A DNA stretch of 64,000 bases from a virus. Position 1 is the stretch's first letter. Every line of letters begins with the position of its first letter. The stretch is taken from IMG/VR virus record IMGVR_UViG_3300045988_115142, one strand, 5' to 3'. A program made the position numbers and the translations under genes. Below are positions 34,685 through 44,611 of this stretch, piece after piece. The notes under the pieces are model-generated. The model was not told the DNA's origin. It ran no database searches and saw nothing but the letters and a program-made list of their open reading frames with translations.

Positions 34685-35413
34685 ATGGATGCAAAGGAAA
34701 TCAAACTAAGAGAAGAATTAGATTCCATTGACGAAACTATGGCTTTAAAAAGAAGAGAAATAGAAGATCTTAAAAAGAAAAAAGAAAAGCTAAAAGTAGA
34801 ACTCGATGATCATATGTATACCAATATGAATACATTGATTTACAACTCCTTAAAATCCGATGACCCGGCTATTGAGTTATTAAATATGGCTAATGATAAA
34901 GACGAATTATCTTTAGATGATGCTGCATTTATTCTTGGTATCACTCCAAATACACTCAGAGCTAGAGTAGATTCTGATCATATAAAGAAATATCGTAGAT
35001 ATGATGCTCATAATACAATAATGAGTAGACTTGAAGTTGGATATATCAAATCCCTTCTCGATATGAAGAAGTCCGATCCAAAGATTCGTGAATGTGTAAA
35101 ATACATTCTAGAATTTTATAATATTACCGGATTTCCTCTTTCTATATCGACACCATTGAAAGAGTTAGAGGCTCCTATTAAGCAGTTTAGAAGTTATAGA
35201 GACATGACAGTTTGCGATCTGATAGCTAAAGGATTTGGTCGTGGTCTCATTACATATCCTCAACACAATACAGTAGAACGTATGCTTTATTCGTATAATA
35301 TTGGTTATAGATTGGGATGGTTGAGATCCAGTTTAAGGGGTCGTACCGTATATAAAAGCATTAAAGATGATACAGTAAGACCAATTAGTGTTTATATTAA
35401 TAAGGAGAAATAA
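34685..35413 (+). CDS. paralog 2 of the tandem family (N-terminal coiled coil + HTH-like)
   Basis: Contains KLREELDSIDETMALKRREIEDLKKKKEKLKVEL (coiled coil), DELSLDDAAFILGITPNTL, and LIAKGFGRGLITYPQHNTVERMLYSYNIGY. Confidence 0.7.
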   Translation: MDAKEIKLREELDSIDETMALKRREIEDLKKKKEKLKVELDDHMYTNMNTLIYNSLKSDDPAIELLNMANDKDELSLDDAAFILGITPNTLRARVDSDHIKKYRRYDAHNTIMSRLEVGYIKSLLDMKKSDPKIRECVKYILEFYNITGFPLSISTPLKELEAPIKQFRSYRDMTVCDLIAKGFGRGLITYPQHNTVERMLYSYNIGYRLGWLRSSLRGRTVYKSIKDDTVRPISVYINKEK

Positions 35414-35414
35414 G

Positions 35415-36122
35415 ATGGACTTCAACTCAAGAGAAGATTTACAAAAAGAATTGAAAAAGGTAGACGATGATATAGCGAAAGCAGAAATAAATCTTACTAC
35501 TTTACGTCTATATAGACAAACTATAGCTGACCGATTAAGTCAAGTAATGGAAAGTAAATGTAAGATTGTCAACGTTGGAGATTTCGACGGCTCTATAGAT
35601 CCTATCAAAGCTTGTTTAAATTCTTTAAATGATTCTGATGAAATTAGAATCGAAGATGTGTCTTACATGTTTGGTATCTCTGTGGCTGTATTATTGACTA
35701 AGATCGATACTAAAGAATTGAGAGTATTCAAATACTCCAATAAAAGAAATAGCCGTACTGGTAAAGTATTGACAGTAAAATACATAAAGAAACTCTTAGA
35801 AGAACATAATAGCGATGATATCAAAAAGCGTAAATATGTAGAATATATATTTAAAGAGTATCATGAAAATGCTATGTCTTTAAATATTAAGAGTAGAGTA
35901 AAAGACCTACTATATAAACCTTATGATAATCCTGAGTATGAAAATTTGACTCTAAAACAACTAATCATTGGTGGTTTTAATCGTGGGTTTATTAAGTTTA
36001 CTCACTATAATACTATGATTAAGATGCTTGATTCTTTCAACTGTGAGTATACTCTAGATTATTCTTCTTACAGAGTTATGGAAAAATCTACAAATAAACT
36101 AATTAGGGTATATTCTAAATAA
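35415..36122 (+). CDS. paralog 3 of the tandem family (N-terminal coiled coil + HTH-like)
   Basis: ATG 35415 sits 7 nt after AAGGAG. Contains DEIRIEDVSYMFGISVAVL and LIIGGFNRGFIKFTHYNTMIKMLDSFNCEY. Confidence 0.7.
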   Translation: MDFNSREDLQKELKKVDDDIAKAEINLTTLRLYRQTIADRLSQVMESKCKIVNVGDFDGSIDPIKACLNSLNDSDEIRIEDVSYMFGISVAVLLTKIDTKELRVFKYSNKRNSRTGKVLTVKYIKKLLEEHNSDDIKKRKYVEYIFKEYHENAMSLNIKSRVKDLLYKPYDNPEYENLTLKQLIIGGFNRGFIKFTHYNTMIKMLDSFNCEYTLDYSSYRVMEKSTNKLIRVYSK

Positions 36123-36128
36123 TATATT

Positions 36129-36150
36129 GGGAGCTGAATATTCAGCTCCC
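36129..36150 (+). terminator. intrinsic terminator
   Basis: GGGAGCTGAATATTCAGCTCCC, then ATATTTTTATTTTTTATTTTTT. Confidence 0.8.
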
Positions 36151-36174
36151 ATATTTTTATTTTTTATTTTTTAA

Positions 36175-36202
36175 TTGACAATTTTATAAATATCCATATT
36201 TT
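36175..36202 (+). promoter_or_regulatory. possible host sigma-A-type promoter
   Basis: TTGACA (36175-36180), a 16-nt spacer, then TATTTT (36197-36202). Lies just after terminator 36129-36150 and 30 nt upstream of ATG 36232. Confidence 0.3.
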
Positions 36203-36231
36203 ATATTTAAATCTAATAAGGAGAATACATT

Positions 36232-37071
36232 ATGAACGGACAATTCGCCACAACAGGGCGATATACATTTGAACAATTACTAGTCATGATGGCTGATATA
36301 GATACTATGTCTTATCATGAACTTTATCGTATCTTGGAAAACTATTATCATGTCATTCTAGAACATTTAGAAGATAGACATTCTAAGAAGTTAATACCTC
36401 TTTATGGTTCACCTAAATTCTTATTCACTCTTCTTCAAGTATTGAATAATACAGAAAGAAGTTCTGAAAGATGTAGATTGGTAAACACATTCCTTAGAAG
36501 TACTTTATTCTCTGAGAATGGACCATATATCCGAGATATTGCTTACTTGATTGCTAAGTTCTATAATTATGACACAGTAGCAAGATTAGAAGCATTAGGT
36601 ACATTAGATGAAGAATTATGTATCTATCTCTCTATTATTTCTAAAGCATCTATTAGAGATTATGTGAATATCAACCGCATCAATTACACTATCTGCTCCT
36701 TTACTAATAGAGATTTAACTCCTATGGAGATAATTCAAATCTATAACGTTCTTTACCCTAGAAACTTTACTGATGTATTCATCAACTCTATGGCAAATGA
36801 TATAGTGGATACAGAGACAACTGATCCATCTATACTTCCAAGAGCTTTACTTATCGAAGAGTCTCTCAAACAAGCCGTATGTATGATTTTAGAAACATTC
36901 GATACTGGTATTATCTCTCAAATACTTATTTCTTATAATGAGTATTGTATGTTTAATGGGAAGAAATCTCCATCTATTCTCAAGTACTGTTCTGATAAAC
37001 TAGGGTATCCTTTCCTCAAAGTTCCTATCATCGTTAGAGAACTAGAAAAGCAAGATATCTTTATCGGATAG
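36232..37071 (+). CDS. hypothetical protein
   Basis: 279-aa ORF with TAAGGAGA SD. Confidence 0.7.
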   Translation: MNGQFATTGRYTFEQLLVMMADIDTMSYHELYRILENYYHVILEHLEDRHSKKLIPLYGSPKFLFTLLQVLNNTERSSERCRLVNTFLRSTLFSENGPYIRDIAYLIAKFYNYDTVARLEALGTLDEELCIYLSIISKASIRDYVNINRINYTICSFTNRDLTPMEIIQIYNVLYPRNFTDVFINSMANDIVDTETTDPSILPRALLIEESLKQAVCMILETFDTGIISQILISYNEYCMFNGKKSPSILKYCSDKLGYPFLKVPIIVRELEKQDIFIG

Positions 37072-37154
37072 AAAATCGTTTTTAATGTAGAGATGTACTC
37101 TATAATACATATAATAAAACACTTATTTTTTATTTAAAATAAAGGAGTAAATCC

Positions 37155-38426
37155 ATGGCAAAAGAAGTTACTGTATACAACAACGATGTAGATTATCAAT
37201 CATCTTTAGCATACGAATTCAGAAATGTAGTATCTAAAGATAAAGATCTTCGTATGTCTTCTGAAGCTAAAATTGATATTGGATATCCAACTGGTTTCTT
37301 GGGCTTTGACTTCATGAATGGTTACAAAGTTCATAATAATGGCGAAACTAAATACAACCTAGGTATCTCTGATGGTAGTATGGTAATGGTAATTGGTCGT
37401 TCTGGTTGTGGTAAATCTACATTCTGTACACAAATGGCGGCTAACATTGTACGTCCATTCAAAACTTCTACAATCTTCGAAGATTCTATCGAAGGTGGTA
37501 TGGTTAAAGAACGCCGTATGCAGTTAAGTGGTTTCAATACAGAAGCTGAATATAAGAAACGTTTTGTAATTCGTAATACTGGTATTACAGCAGAAACTTT
37601 CTTAGCTCGTATTAAATTCATTCATGATTTGAAATTAGCAGATCCTGAAAGATATAAATACGATACTGGTTATGTAGATGAAGAAGGAAACCCAATCAAA
37701 TTATTTGAACCAACGGTTTATATCTTAGACTCCATTGCTTTGATTATGCCAGATGATTTGGTAGAAGAAGGCGAAGTATCTACCAACATGTCTGTTACTC
37801 GTACAGCTAAAGTTGTAACTGATATTATTCGTCGAGTAGTACCTATGCTTAAAATGGCTAATATCATTTTAATCGTAGTAAACCATATCCTTTCTGATGT
37901 ATCTATTCGTCCTAAGAAAGCTGACTTAATGTATTTGAAACAAGGTGAATCTTTACCTCGTGGTAAAACTGTAATCTATCTTTCTAATACAGTAATTCGG
38001 TTAGATGATACTAAACTTAAAGCAGACGAAAAGTTCAAAGTAGCTGGTTCTTTAGTAGATGTAACTAATACTAAGTCTCGTTCAGCTGGTGCTGGTCAAA
38101 CTTCTACAATGGTATTTACTTATGACCACGGTTTTGACCCAGAACTTTCTTTATTTATGCTATTACAAAACAATGGTCGTGTAAACGGTGCTGGTATTGG
38201 TTACTACTTTGATGACCATACTGACTTCAAATTCTCTTTGAAAGGTTTCAAAGAAAAACTTCGTAAAGATCCAGAGTTCTATAAGCTCTTTATGGAAGTA
38301 GCTAAAAGTGAATTAGAAAAATTGCCTTCTAACGCAAACGATATAGTTGATGTAGATGAACAAGATCAAAACGAAAGTAATAATGTTACTTCTGATATTC
38401 TTGGTACAATTGGCATCAAATATTAA
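37155..38426 (+). CDS. RecA/UvsX-family recombinase
   Basis: Walker A GRSGCGKST, Walker B VYILDSIA, and a RecA-like IILIVVNH ... TKSRSAG layout comparable to T4 UvsX. Confidence 0.75.
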   Translation: MAKEVTVYNNDVDYQSSLAYEFRNVVSKDKDLRMSSEAKIDIGYPTGFLGFDFMNGYKVHNNGETKYNLGISDGSMVMVIGRSGCGKSTFCTQMAANIVRPFKTSTIFEDSIEGGMVKERRMQLSGFNTEAEYKKRFVIRNTGITAETFLARIKFIHDLKLADPERYKYDTGYVDEEGNPIKLFEPTVYILDSIALIMPDDLVEEGEVSTNMSVTRTAKVVTDIIRRVVPMLKMANIILIVVNHILSDVSIRPKKADLMYLKQGESLPRGKTVIYLSNTVIRLDDTKLKADEKFKVAGSLVDVTNTKSRSAGAGQTSTMVFTYDHGFDPELSLFMLLQNNGRVNGAGIGYYFDDHTDFKFSLKGFKEKLRKDPEFYKLFMEVAKSELEKLPSNANDIVDVDEQDQNESNNVTSDILGTIGIKY

Positions 38427-38439
38427 TATATCTTTTAAT

Positions 38440-38456
38440 CATATAATATCAATATG
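38440..38456 (+). promoter_or_regulatory. motif copy (CATATAATAT-N4-ATG)
   Basis: CATATAATATCAATATG, then AAGTG. Lies 39 nt upstream of the RNAP beta-C ATG. Confidence 0.35.
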
Positions 38457-38494
38457 AAGTGATATTAGTGCTTAAAAGAAAGGAAGGTTAGAGA

Positions 38495-40945
38495 ATGGCA
38501 ACATCACTTAATTTAATTCAAGCCGCAATGGAAAAACAAAATGCTTATCCAAGTGCGGAATATGTAATTGGCAAATCGTTACAACAGCCAGCTACTAATA
38601 CAAACTCTGGTCCTCGTAAACTCATGTATGGTTTACAGGCAGAACAAACTATTCAGATCTCGAAGCCAGAAACGCCTTTAATGGCTACTGGCTTTGAAGG
38701 TCAATTTGCTGAGTATTCCAGCAACTATATTATTGCCGAAGACGACTATGAAGTCATTGACAAAGTATATAAAAACAAAATGATGTATTGGATGTTCGTT
38801 AGAAATACTAAAACAGGGAAAGTCGACGTATTCGCTAGAACAACTTATGAATACATCACAGAAATGTATGGCTATGAAATGAATACAGAATATATTGATG
38901 CGTTAACTCCAGGTGATATAATCCCTAAGAACTCACCAATTATTCTACCAGATTCATTTGATAGTGCATTAAATGCAGGTACTGGTGTAAACTTAACTTG
39001 TGTTTACATGGCATTAGCAGAAACTACAGAAGACCCAGTGGTCTTATCTGAATCTGCAGCTCGTAAACTTACTGCACCTACCTACAAAAACGTAGAAGTC
39101 ATGGTCAATGATAATGATATTCTACTAAACCTTTATGGAGATGAAACAGGCAACTATAAATCTTTCCCAGATATTGGTGAAGAGGTTAAACATCGTACAC
39201 TCTGTGCTCTTCGTAAAGAAAAGAAAGAGGATGAAGCACTCTATACACAATCGGTACAGATGCTTAAAGAAAGGCTACAATCCGATACTGCTTTCCTCGC
39301 AAATGGTACTGTTATAGATATCGATGTATATTGTAACAATACAGAATATGATAATCCACAAATCGAGAAATACTATAATAAAACTTTAGAATATTCTCAA
39401 AAGATTGTGGATATTCTAGAAAAGGAAAAACGAAAAGGTTATACACTTACTAGTGAAGCTGACAGATTGCTTTATAACTCCAAGTCTATTCTTGAAGGCA
39501 AGCCTTATATGACTAAAGACAAAGTATTTACTAACTTAGTAATCAACTTTGTAGTCAAAGAAGAAAAGCCTATGGAGCAAGGTGATAAATGTACAGACCG
39601 TTATGCTGGTAAAGGTGTAGTATCTTACATATGGCCGGACGAAGAAATGCCAATGTATGAACGTAATGGTGAATTATTCCCAGTGGATATCATCTATAAC
39701 TCTTCTACAATGGTTAACCGTCAAAATCCAGGACAAACATTCGAAACTGAAATCAACTATGTATCAGATCGCATAGTAGAAAGAATGCGTAAGATGTATT
39801 ATGGAGCTTCTGAACTAAATAGATCAGATATGGTTCCAGAATGCGAAAATATGATTCTTAAGTTTATGAATGTAGTAAATCCTGAAGAAGCATTCTTCTA
39901 TAATGAACAAATTATGGAATATGGATTACAAGAACGTGAGTTCTTCTTACAATCTGTAATGGCAGACAATGCTTTATTCTTAGTTTGTAAGCCAATATCT
40001 GGTAATATCAACTTAACTACTTTGTATAATTTATATACTGAGTTTCCTTGGGTTGAATTAGATAAACTTTGGGTAAAACAAAAATGTTCTGATGGTTCTT
40101 ATAGACGTATTCAAACTAATCGTGGTGTTATCACTGGAAAAAAGTATATCTATAGATTGAAACAAATTGCAGAAGAAAAATTCTCTGCTGTATCTTTAGC
40201 GTCTACTAACTTACGTGGTGAAAATACTAAGACTAGAGCTCATAAACAACACAGAAGTGTACATTCTGACACTCCTGTAAGATTAGGTGCAATGGAATCA
40301 TCTAACTTATTAGATGCTGCCGATGTATCAATGAGATTAGCTATTGTATTTATGCTACTTTCATCTTCATTCAAATACAGACGTCAAGCTTATCAATTAT
40401 TGGTAGGTGATCCATTTAAACCATATATCAAACTTGATGCAGAAGCAAACGTATTGGCAACATCACGTTCAGCTGAGATTGCTAAAGTATTGATGAAAGC
40501 TATTGGTCTTAAGATCAACTTCAATAAGACAAAGAAGATGTATAAAGCACCAGTACTTCTTAATGTATTTGAACAACTTCCAGATATCAATAATCCATAT
40601 TATAGATATGGGTGTTATGATCAAGACATTGTTCAATCTCCAATTATTCGTATGCCATTCTTTGTTAAGAATGAAGATATGGATAGATTGGTTAAGTTGT
40701 ATAAGAAACACCATAAAGATGAATTGCTTATGAGTCCAATTAACTTCAATGGTGTTGATAATATTATCGATGCAGATATTATCAATAAAGTAATGACATT
40801 GATTAGTACTTGTGAAAATATGGATGAAGCTGAAGCAGCAGTTAAAGCTAAGACTCCAGAACCATTAGCAATTCCAATGCATGTAATGCCTGTTATTAGA
40901 ACCGGAGGCGAAAGATATGAACCAACGTCTAATAACAATTCTTGA
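38495..40945 (+). CDS. multisubunit RNA polymerase beta subunit, C-terminal half
   Basis: SGPRKLMYGLQAEQ matches NRALMGSNMQRQA. GVNLTCVYMALAETTEDPVVLSES matches GQN..VA.M.W.GYN.ED...SE. GDKCTDRYAGKGVVSYIWPDEEMP matches GDK..GRHGNKGV.S...P.EDMP. NRQNPGQTFE matches SRMN.GQ..E. VRLGAMESSNLL matches QRFGEMEVWAL. Confidence 0.88.
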   Translation: MATSLNLIQAAMEKQNAYPSAEYVIGKSLQQPATNTNSGPRKLMYGLQAEQTIQISKPETPLMATGFEGQFAEYSSNYIIAEDDYEVIDKVYKNKMMYWMFVRNTKTGKVDVFARTTYEYITEMYGYEMNTEYIDALTPGDIIPKNSPIILPDSFDSALNAGTGVNLTCVYMALAETTEDPVVLSESAARKLTAPTYKNVEVMVNDNDILLNLYGDETGNYKSFPDIGEEVKHRTLCALRKEKKEDEALYTQSVQMLKERLQSDTAFLANGTVIDIDVYCNNTEYDNPQIEKYYNKTLEYSQKIVDILEKEKRKGYTLTSEADRLLYNSKSILEGKPYMTKDKVFTNLVINFVVKEEKPMEQGDKCTDRYAGKGVVSYIWPDEEMPMYERNGELFPVDIIYNSSTMVNRQNPGQTFETEINYVSDRIVERMRKMYYGASELNRSDMVPECENMILKFMNVVNPEEAFFYNEQIMEYGLQEREFFLQSVMADNALFLVCKPISGNINLTTLYNLYTEFPWVELDKLWVKQKCSDGSYRRIQTNRGVITGKKYIYRLKQIAEEKFSAVSLASTNLRGENTKTRAHKQHRSVHSDTPVRLGAMESSNLLDAADVSMRLAIVFMLLSSSFKYRRQAYQLLVGDPFKPYIKLDAEANVLATSRSAEIAKVLMKAIGLKINFNKTKKMYKAPVLLNVFEQLPDINNPYYRYGCYDQDIVQSPIIRMPFFVKNEDMDRLVKLYKKHHKDELLMSPINFNGVDNIIDADIINKVMTLISTCENMDEAEAAVKAKTPEPLAIPMHVMPVIRTGGERYEPTSNNNS

Positions 40946-43244
40946 TGCTTTACGAAATGGTAAAGATATCATTACTCCAGAAGATGTAACTGATATCAAT
41001 AATATTTCTGTAAATTATATTCAAGGTCAAGGTAAAGTAGAACCAAGAGATATTAGAAATATATTGGAGATATCCAATATCTTATACAATAATACTCAAA
41101 GAGCTATATTACCTTTGGATGATGCCATCTATGATTCAGTTGTAGTTAAGTTCAAGAATCAAGGGTTTGAACCACCAGTTGGTGCAGTTGGTATTACTAT
41201 AGACAGTAAAGATAACGTTGGTTCTTTATTAGAAGATCAATCTCTTCTTGAAGTGTTTAAAACTATCCCAGAAGAGAAAGCTAAGGAAATGCTTTATGAT
41301 AAAGATCTTATGAGATTTGAAATGCCTATTAAAGAGGATTTCTATAATCCAAATAGCGTAGGTAATTATACAGAACTCTCTAAGATTAAGCATAGTGCTG
41401 AGCATAATTATCCTGAGCTTGTTGGTACTCTTTACAAATGTAAGTATACCACAATGAATGAAGCTGTAGCAGCTGGAGTAGAACCAGATGATATCACAAC
41501 TATGGTATTTGAAAGAGATTTCTTGAGTAAATACTATAATGCAGTTTTCCCATATACAATGGATGGTAAAGCTGGATTGATAGCTGAGCTTAAATACGAT
41601 GGTGTATCTATAGAAGCTACAGTTGATGGTGATACTATCATTGCAGCTTATAGTCGTGGTGATACAGCTAATGGAATAGCTTCTGACTACACTCCAATCT
41701 TTGGTGGTAAAGTATTCCATCGTGCTAAAGGTATCATTCCAAAAGGAACTGTCTTTGGTATTAAATTCGAAGCAATAGTTACGGATAGAAATCTTGAAAT
41801 TCTCAAATATAAATTCGGGAAAGAATATAAGAATTCTCGGGTAGCTATTATTGGCTTGCTTGGTAGTTCTGATGTAAACAAATATAGAGATTTGATTACA
41901 CTGGTACCAATCAGAACCAGTGGATTACAATTCGATGATATGGTTCAAGAAGTAGAATTCTTGAATAAGTATTATTCCTCTGGTGTAGAGATGAAGTATA
42001 CTTATATGAGAGGGAATTATAATGAACTCTTATTCCAAACTTATCGATTCGTTCAAGATGCTTCTGCTCTAAGAGGTATCATGGGATTCATGTATGATGG
42101 TGTAGTAATCTCATTCGCTGATTATAATATCCATAAGATTCTTGGTAGAAATAACTTTACTGATAATTGGGCTATGGCTATTAAATTCAATGCTATGAGT
42201 GCTGATACTATCTTCAATGGGTATACATACACAGTAGGTCAAAATGGTCTAATCACACCAATGGCTCACTTCAAACCTGTCCAATTCCTTGGTTCTACGC
42301 ATGACAAAACGACTGCTCATAGCTATAAGAGATTCAAAGAATTGGCTTTAAAGGTTGGGGATCCAGTTAGGATTACATATGTGAATGATGTTATCTGTTA
42401 TATAGATAAACCATTTAAAGATGTAGACAATCCTAATCCAGTTATCCCATTCCCTACACATTGTCCAGCTTGTGGCAGTCCTATTACTTTATCTATGTCT
42501 GGTGATAGTGCTTATTGTCTAAATCCTCTTTGTCCAGAACGTAATGCTACTCGTATTACGAACATGGTTAAGAAGTTAGGATTCAAAGACTTCTCCAGAG
42601 CATACATCTCCAAGCTAGATATAAAATCATTTAGAGATTTGATTGAATTAGATAAGATATATTCAGCAGAACTAATTGGTGATGCTTTAACTAATAAACT
42701 ATTCGACCAAATCAATAAGATTAAATCTGAACCATTACCAGATTATAAAGTGGTAGGTGCTCTTGGCTTCAGTTCTATTAGTGCTGAACGCTGGAGAATT
42801 ATTCTAAATAATGTATCTTTAAATGCTATCATTCATAATGATGACGATAGTGTTAGACGTTTGATTAGTATGGTTAAAGGTATTGGTAAAGTAATTGCTG
42901 ATACTATAGCTAAAGAACGCCATGTCTTCATGGATGATTTGTTATTGATAGAATCTATGCCTAATTTACAAATAACCTTCAGAGGTGAAGGAGCTTCTGT
43001 ACAAGATAGAAAGACAGTTCGGTTTACTGGATTTAGATCTGCTGTATTAGAAGAAGAATTTAATAAATTAGGATTCGATGCAGATGGTAACAAATCTGTA
43101 ACTAAGAAGACCGATATCTTAGTTATTCCTTATCCAGGATTTGTATCTTCTAAGTTAAGCAAGATAAGTCCTAATTGTTTAGTACTTTCTGAGAAAGATG
43201 CTTATGACTACATAATGTATCTTCAAAGTCAAAATAATTTATAA
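40917..43244 (+). CDS. ligA: NAD-dependent DNA ligase
   Basis: Adenylation motif ELKYDGVS, then SRGDTANG. Zn finger CPACGS...CLNPLCP. C-terminal BRCT-like VRFTGFRS...SVTKKTDILVI. The start overlaps the upstream gene by 29 nt and has a GGAGG SD. Confidence 0.92.
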   Translation: MNQRLITILDALRNGKDIITPEDVTDINNISVNYIQGQGKVEPRDIRNILEISNILYNNTQRAILPLDDAIYDSVVVKFKNQGFEPPVGAVGITIDSKDNVGSLLEDQSLLEVFKTIPEEKAKEMLYDKDLMRFEMPIKEDFYNPNSVGNYTELSKIKHSAEHNYPELVGTLYKCKYTTMNEAVAAGVEPDDITTMVFERDFLSKYYNAVFPYTMDGKAGLIAELKYDGVSIEATVDGDTIIAAYSRGDTANGIASDYTPIFGGKVFHRAKGIIPKGTVFGIKFEAIVTDRNLEILKYKFGKEYKNSRVAIIGLLGSSDVNKYRDLITLVPIRTSGLQFDDMVQEVEFLNKYYSSGVEMKYTYMRGNYNELLFQTYRFVQDASALRGIMGFMYDGVVISFADYNIHKILGRNNFTDNWAMAIKFNAMSADTIFNGYTYTVGQNGLITPMAHFKPVQFLGSTHDKTTAHSYKRFKELALKVGDPVRITYVNDVICYIDKPFKDVDNPNPVIPFPTHCPACGSPITLSMSGDSAYCLNPLCPERNATRITNMVKKLGFKDFSRAYISKLDIKSFRDLIELDKIYSAELIGDALTNKLFDQINKIKSEPLPDYKVVGALGFSSISAERWRIILNNVSLNAIIHNDDDSVRRLISMVKGIGKVIADTIAKERHVFMDDLLLIESMPNLQITFRGEGASVQDRKTVRFTGFRSAVLEEEFNKLGFDADGNKSVTKKTDILVIPYPGFVSSKLSKISPNCLVLSEKDAYDYIMYLQSQNNL

Positions 43245-43247
43245 AAG

Positions 43248-43260
43248 TATATTATAGATG
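43248..43260 (+). promoter_or_regulatory. variant motif TATATTATA-N1-ATG
   Basis: TATATTATAGATG. The ATG end forms the 5' arm of stem 43257-43263/43281-43287. Confidence 0.3.
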
Positions 43261-43334
43261 TGGTAAGGGTGGTGTATTTTCCACATCACCCATACACAAT
43301 TTTAATATTTTTATATTTCAAGGAGGACAAACCT

Positions 43335-43931
43335 ATGAAAGACTATCAAGCTAGTTATAGCGAAAAGTTTAAAGAAGCATTAAGAAAGTTTAATGACTCT
43401 GCAACAGCATTGTACTTCGTAGTACAAACATCTACAAGTCATGACTACGAAGATCCATTCACAACAGTAACTGTGTACAACAAGAAGAAAAATACAGATT
43501 GGGAAGCTACACTCTTATCCGAGTTCTGCTCCGATCCTAATAAAGATCTTATTGCTACATATCAAAAAGTTTCACTCACCACCAAACCTGGTAAGGAATC
43601 TATAAATATTACTGTAATTAAAAACGTCATTGGTTTTGGTATTGCTACAAGCTTAGAACAAGTAAACGAAATCATCACTTATATGGAAGCAGATAATCGC
43701 GATCTTCGTAAAATCTATTTCTATGATTATGATTTGGTCATTCAAGAACTTGTACCACCTAAAGCTTCTGATTTAATTGCAACTAAACCAAACTTTAGTC
43801 AACCAATTAATGGTGCTTATGGTACAATCACCACCTTCAATTCAGGAACAGCAGATACTGACAGTGTTGTTGATAAAACCGAGAAAGTACCGCTTCAACA
43901 AGTCGGTTCTATCCCTGGTTTTGAAGGGTAA
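43335..43931 (+). CDS. hypothetical protein ending in IPGFEG
   Basis: Track start 43260 runs through a hairpin. ATG 43335 follows AAGGAGGA. Confidence 0.7.
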   Translation: MKDYQASYSEKFKEALRKFNDSATALYFVVQTSTSHDYEDPFTTVTVYNKKKNTDWEATLLSEFCSDPNKDLIATYQKVSLTTKPGKESINITVIKNVIGFGIATSLEQVNEIITYMEADNRDLRKIYFYDYDLVIQELVPPKASDLIATKPNFSQPINGAYGTITTFNSGTADTDSVVDKTEKVPLQQVGSIPGFEG

Positions 43932-43966
43932 TTAATTTTGGTTTAAACTGACAATAGCAGTTTGAA

Positions 43967-43983
43967 TATATAATATTTTATTA
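43967..43983 (+). promoter_or_regulatory. motif copy (TATATAATAT-N4-TTA variant)
   Basis: Exact 10-mer TATATAATAT, 31 nt upstream of ATG 44007. Confidence 0.3.
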
Positions 43984-44006
43984 ATCCACTTAGGAGGAAA
44001 CAATCA

Positions 44007-44597
44007 ATGAAATTCGCAGAATCCGCAGTAGCAAATGCAGTACAATCCAACTTATTACAAGAAAAAATCGCTTGGTCTGCAAGCTTTACAGAAATCTTTA
44101 TTAAAGCAGCTGTAGAAGGTATCACTACTTACCTTGGTCAAGTTAAAAACGAAGGTCCTAAAACTGTAGTAGTTAAAAATGGTGATAATACAGTAGTCTT
44201 TTCCGCATCTATCGAAAAACATGAATCCGATGATGGCGAAGGCTTCAGTGTAAACATGTTGGTTAACCCAACTGAAGATGAATTAGTTGGTGATAAAGTA
44301 ACATTCGACGATGTAGTATTATCTGCTATCTTCGAAAAAGTTGCTTCCAAATATCGTTTCAATATTGCACCAATCAATGGTCAAGAATACACTTCTAAAT
44401 TGATTGCTGTAATGATCAAATCCATTAAGGAATACTTCCGTACAAATATCGATGTAGATCCTGTATTGGAAATTCCTAACTTCGTAATCTTCGAAGGTTA
44501 TGTAGAAGATGACAAAGTTAAAGTTAAAGTAGTACTTGATGCAGCTATCAAACAAATCGTAAAAGATGATGCTGTATTAGAAGAAGAAGCAAAATAA
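44007..44597 (+). CDS. hypothetical protein (codon usage suggests high expression)
   Basis: 196-aa ORF with TAGGAGGA SD. Confidence 0.75.
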   Translation: MKFAESAVANAVQSNLLQEKIAWSASFTEIFIKAAVEGITTYLGQVKNEGPKTVVVKNGDNTVVFSASIEKHESDDGEGFSVNMLVNPTEDELVGDKVTFDDVVLSAIFEKVASKYRFNIAPINGQEYTSKLIAVMIKSIKEYFRTNIDVDPVLEIPNFVIFEGYVEDDKVKVKVVLDAAIKQIVKDDAVLEEEAK

Positions 44598-44611
44598 TTG
44601 CTGGGGTAACA

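Noticed and set aside
40393-41720. Several overlapping ORFs on both strands within the RNAP beta-C and ligA genes (40393..40590, 40469..40714, 40503..40733, 40633..40938, 41229..41720).
   Set aside because: They overlap genes with unambiguous conserved motifs in the annotated frames. AT-rich DNA gives long stop-free antisense stretches. None has a ribosome-binding site.
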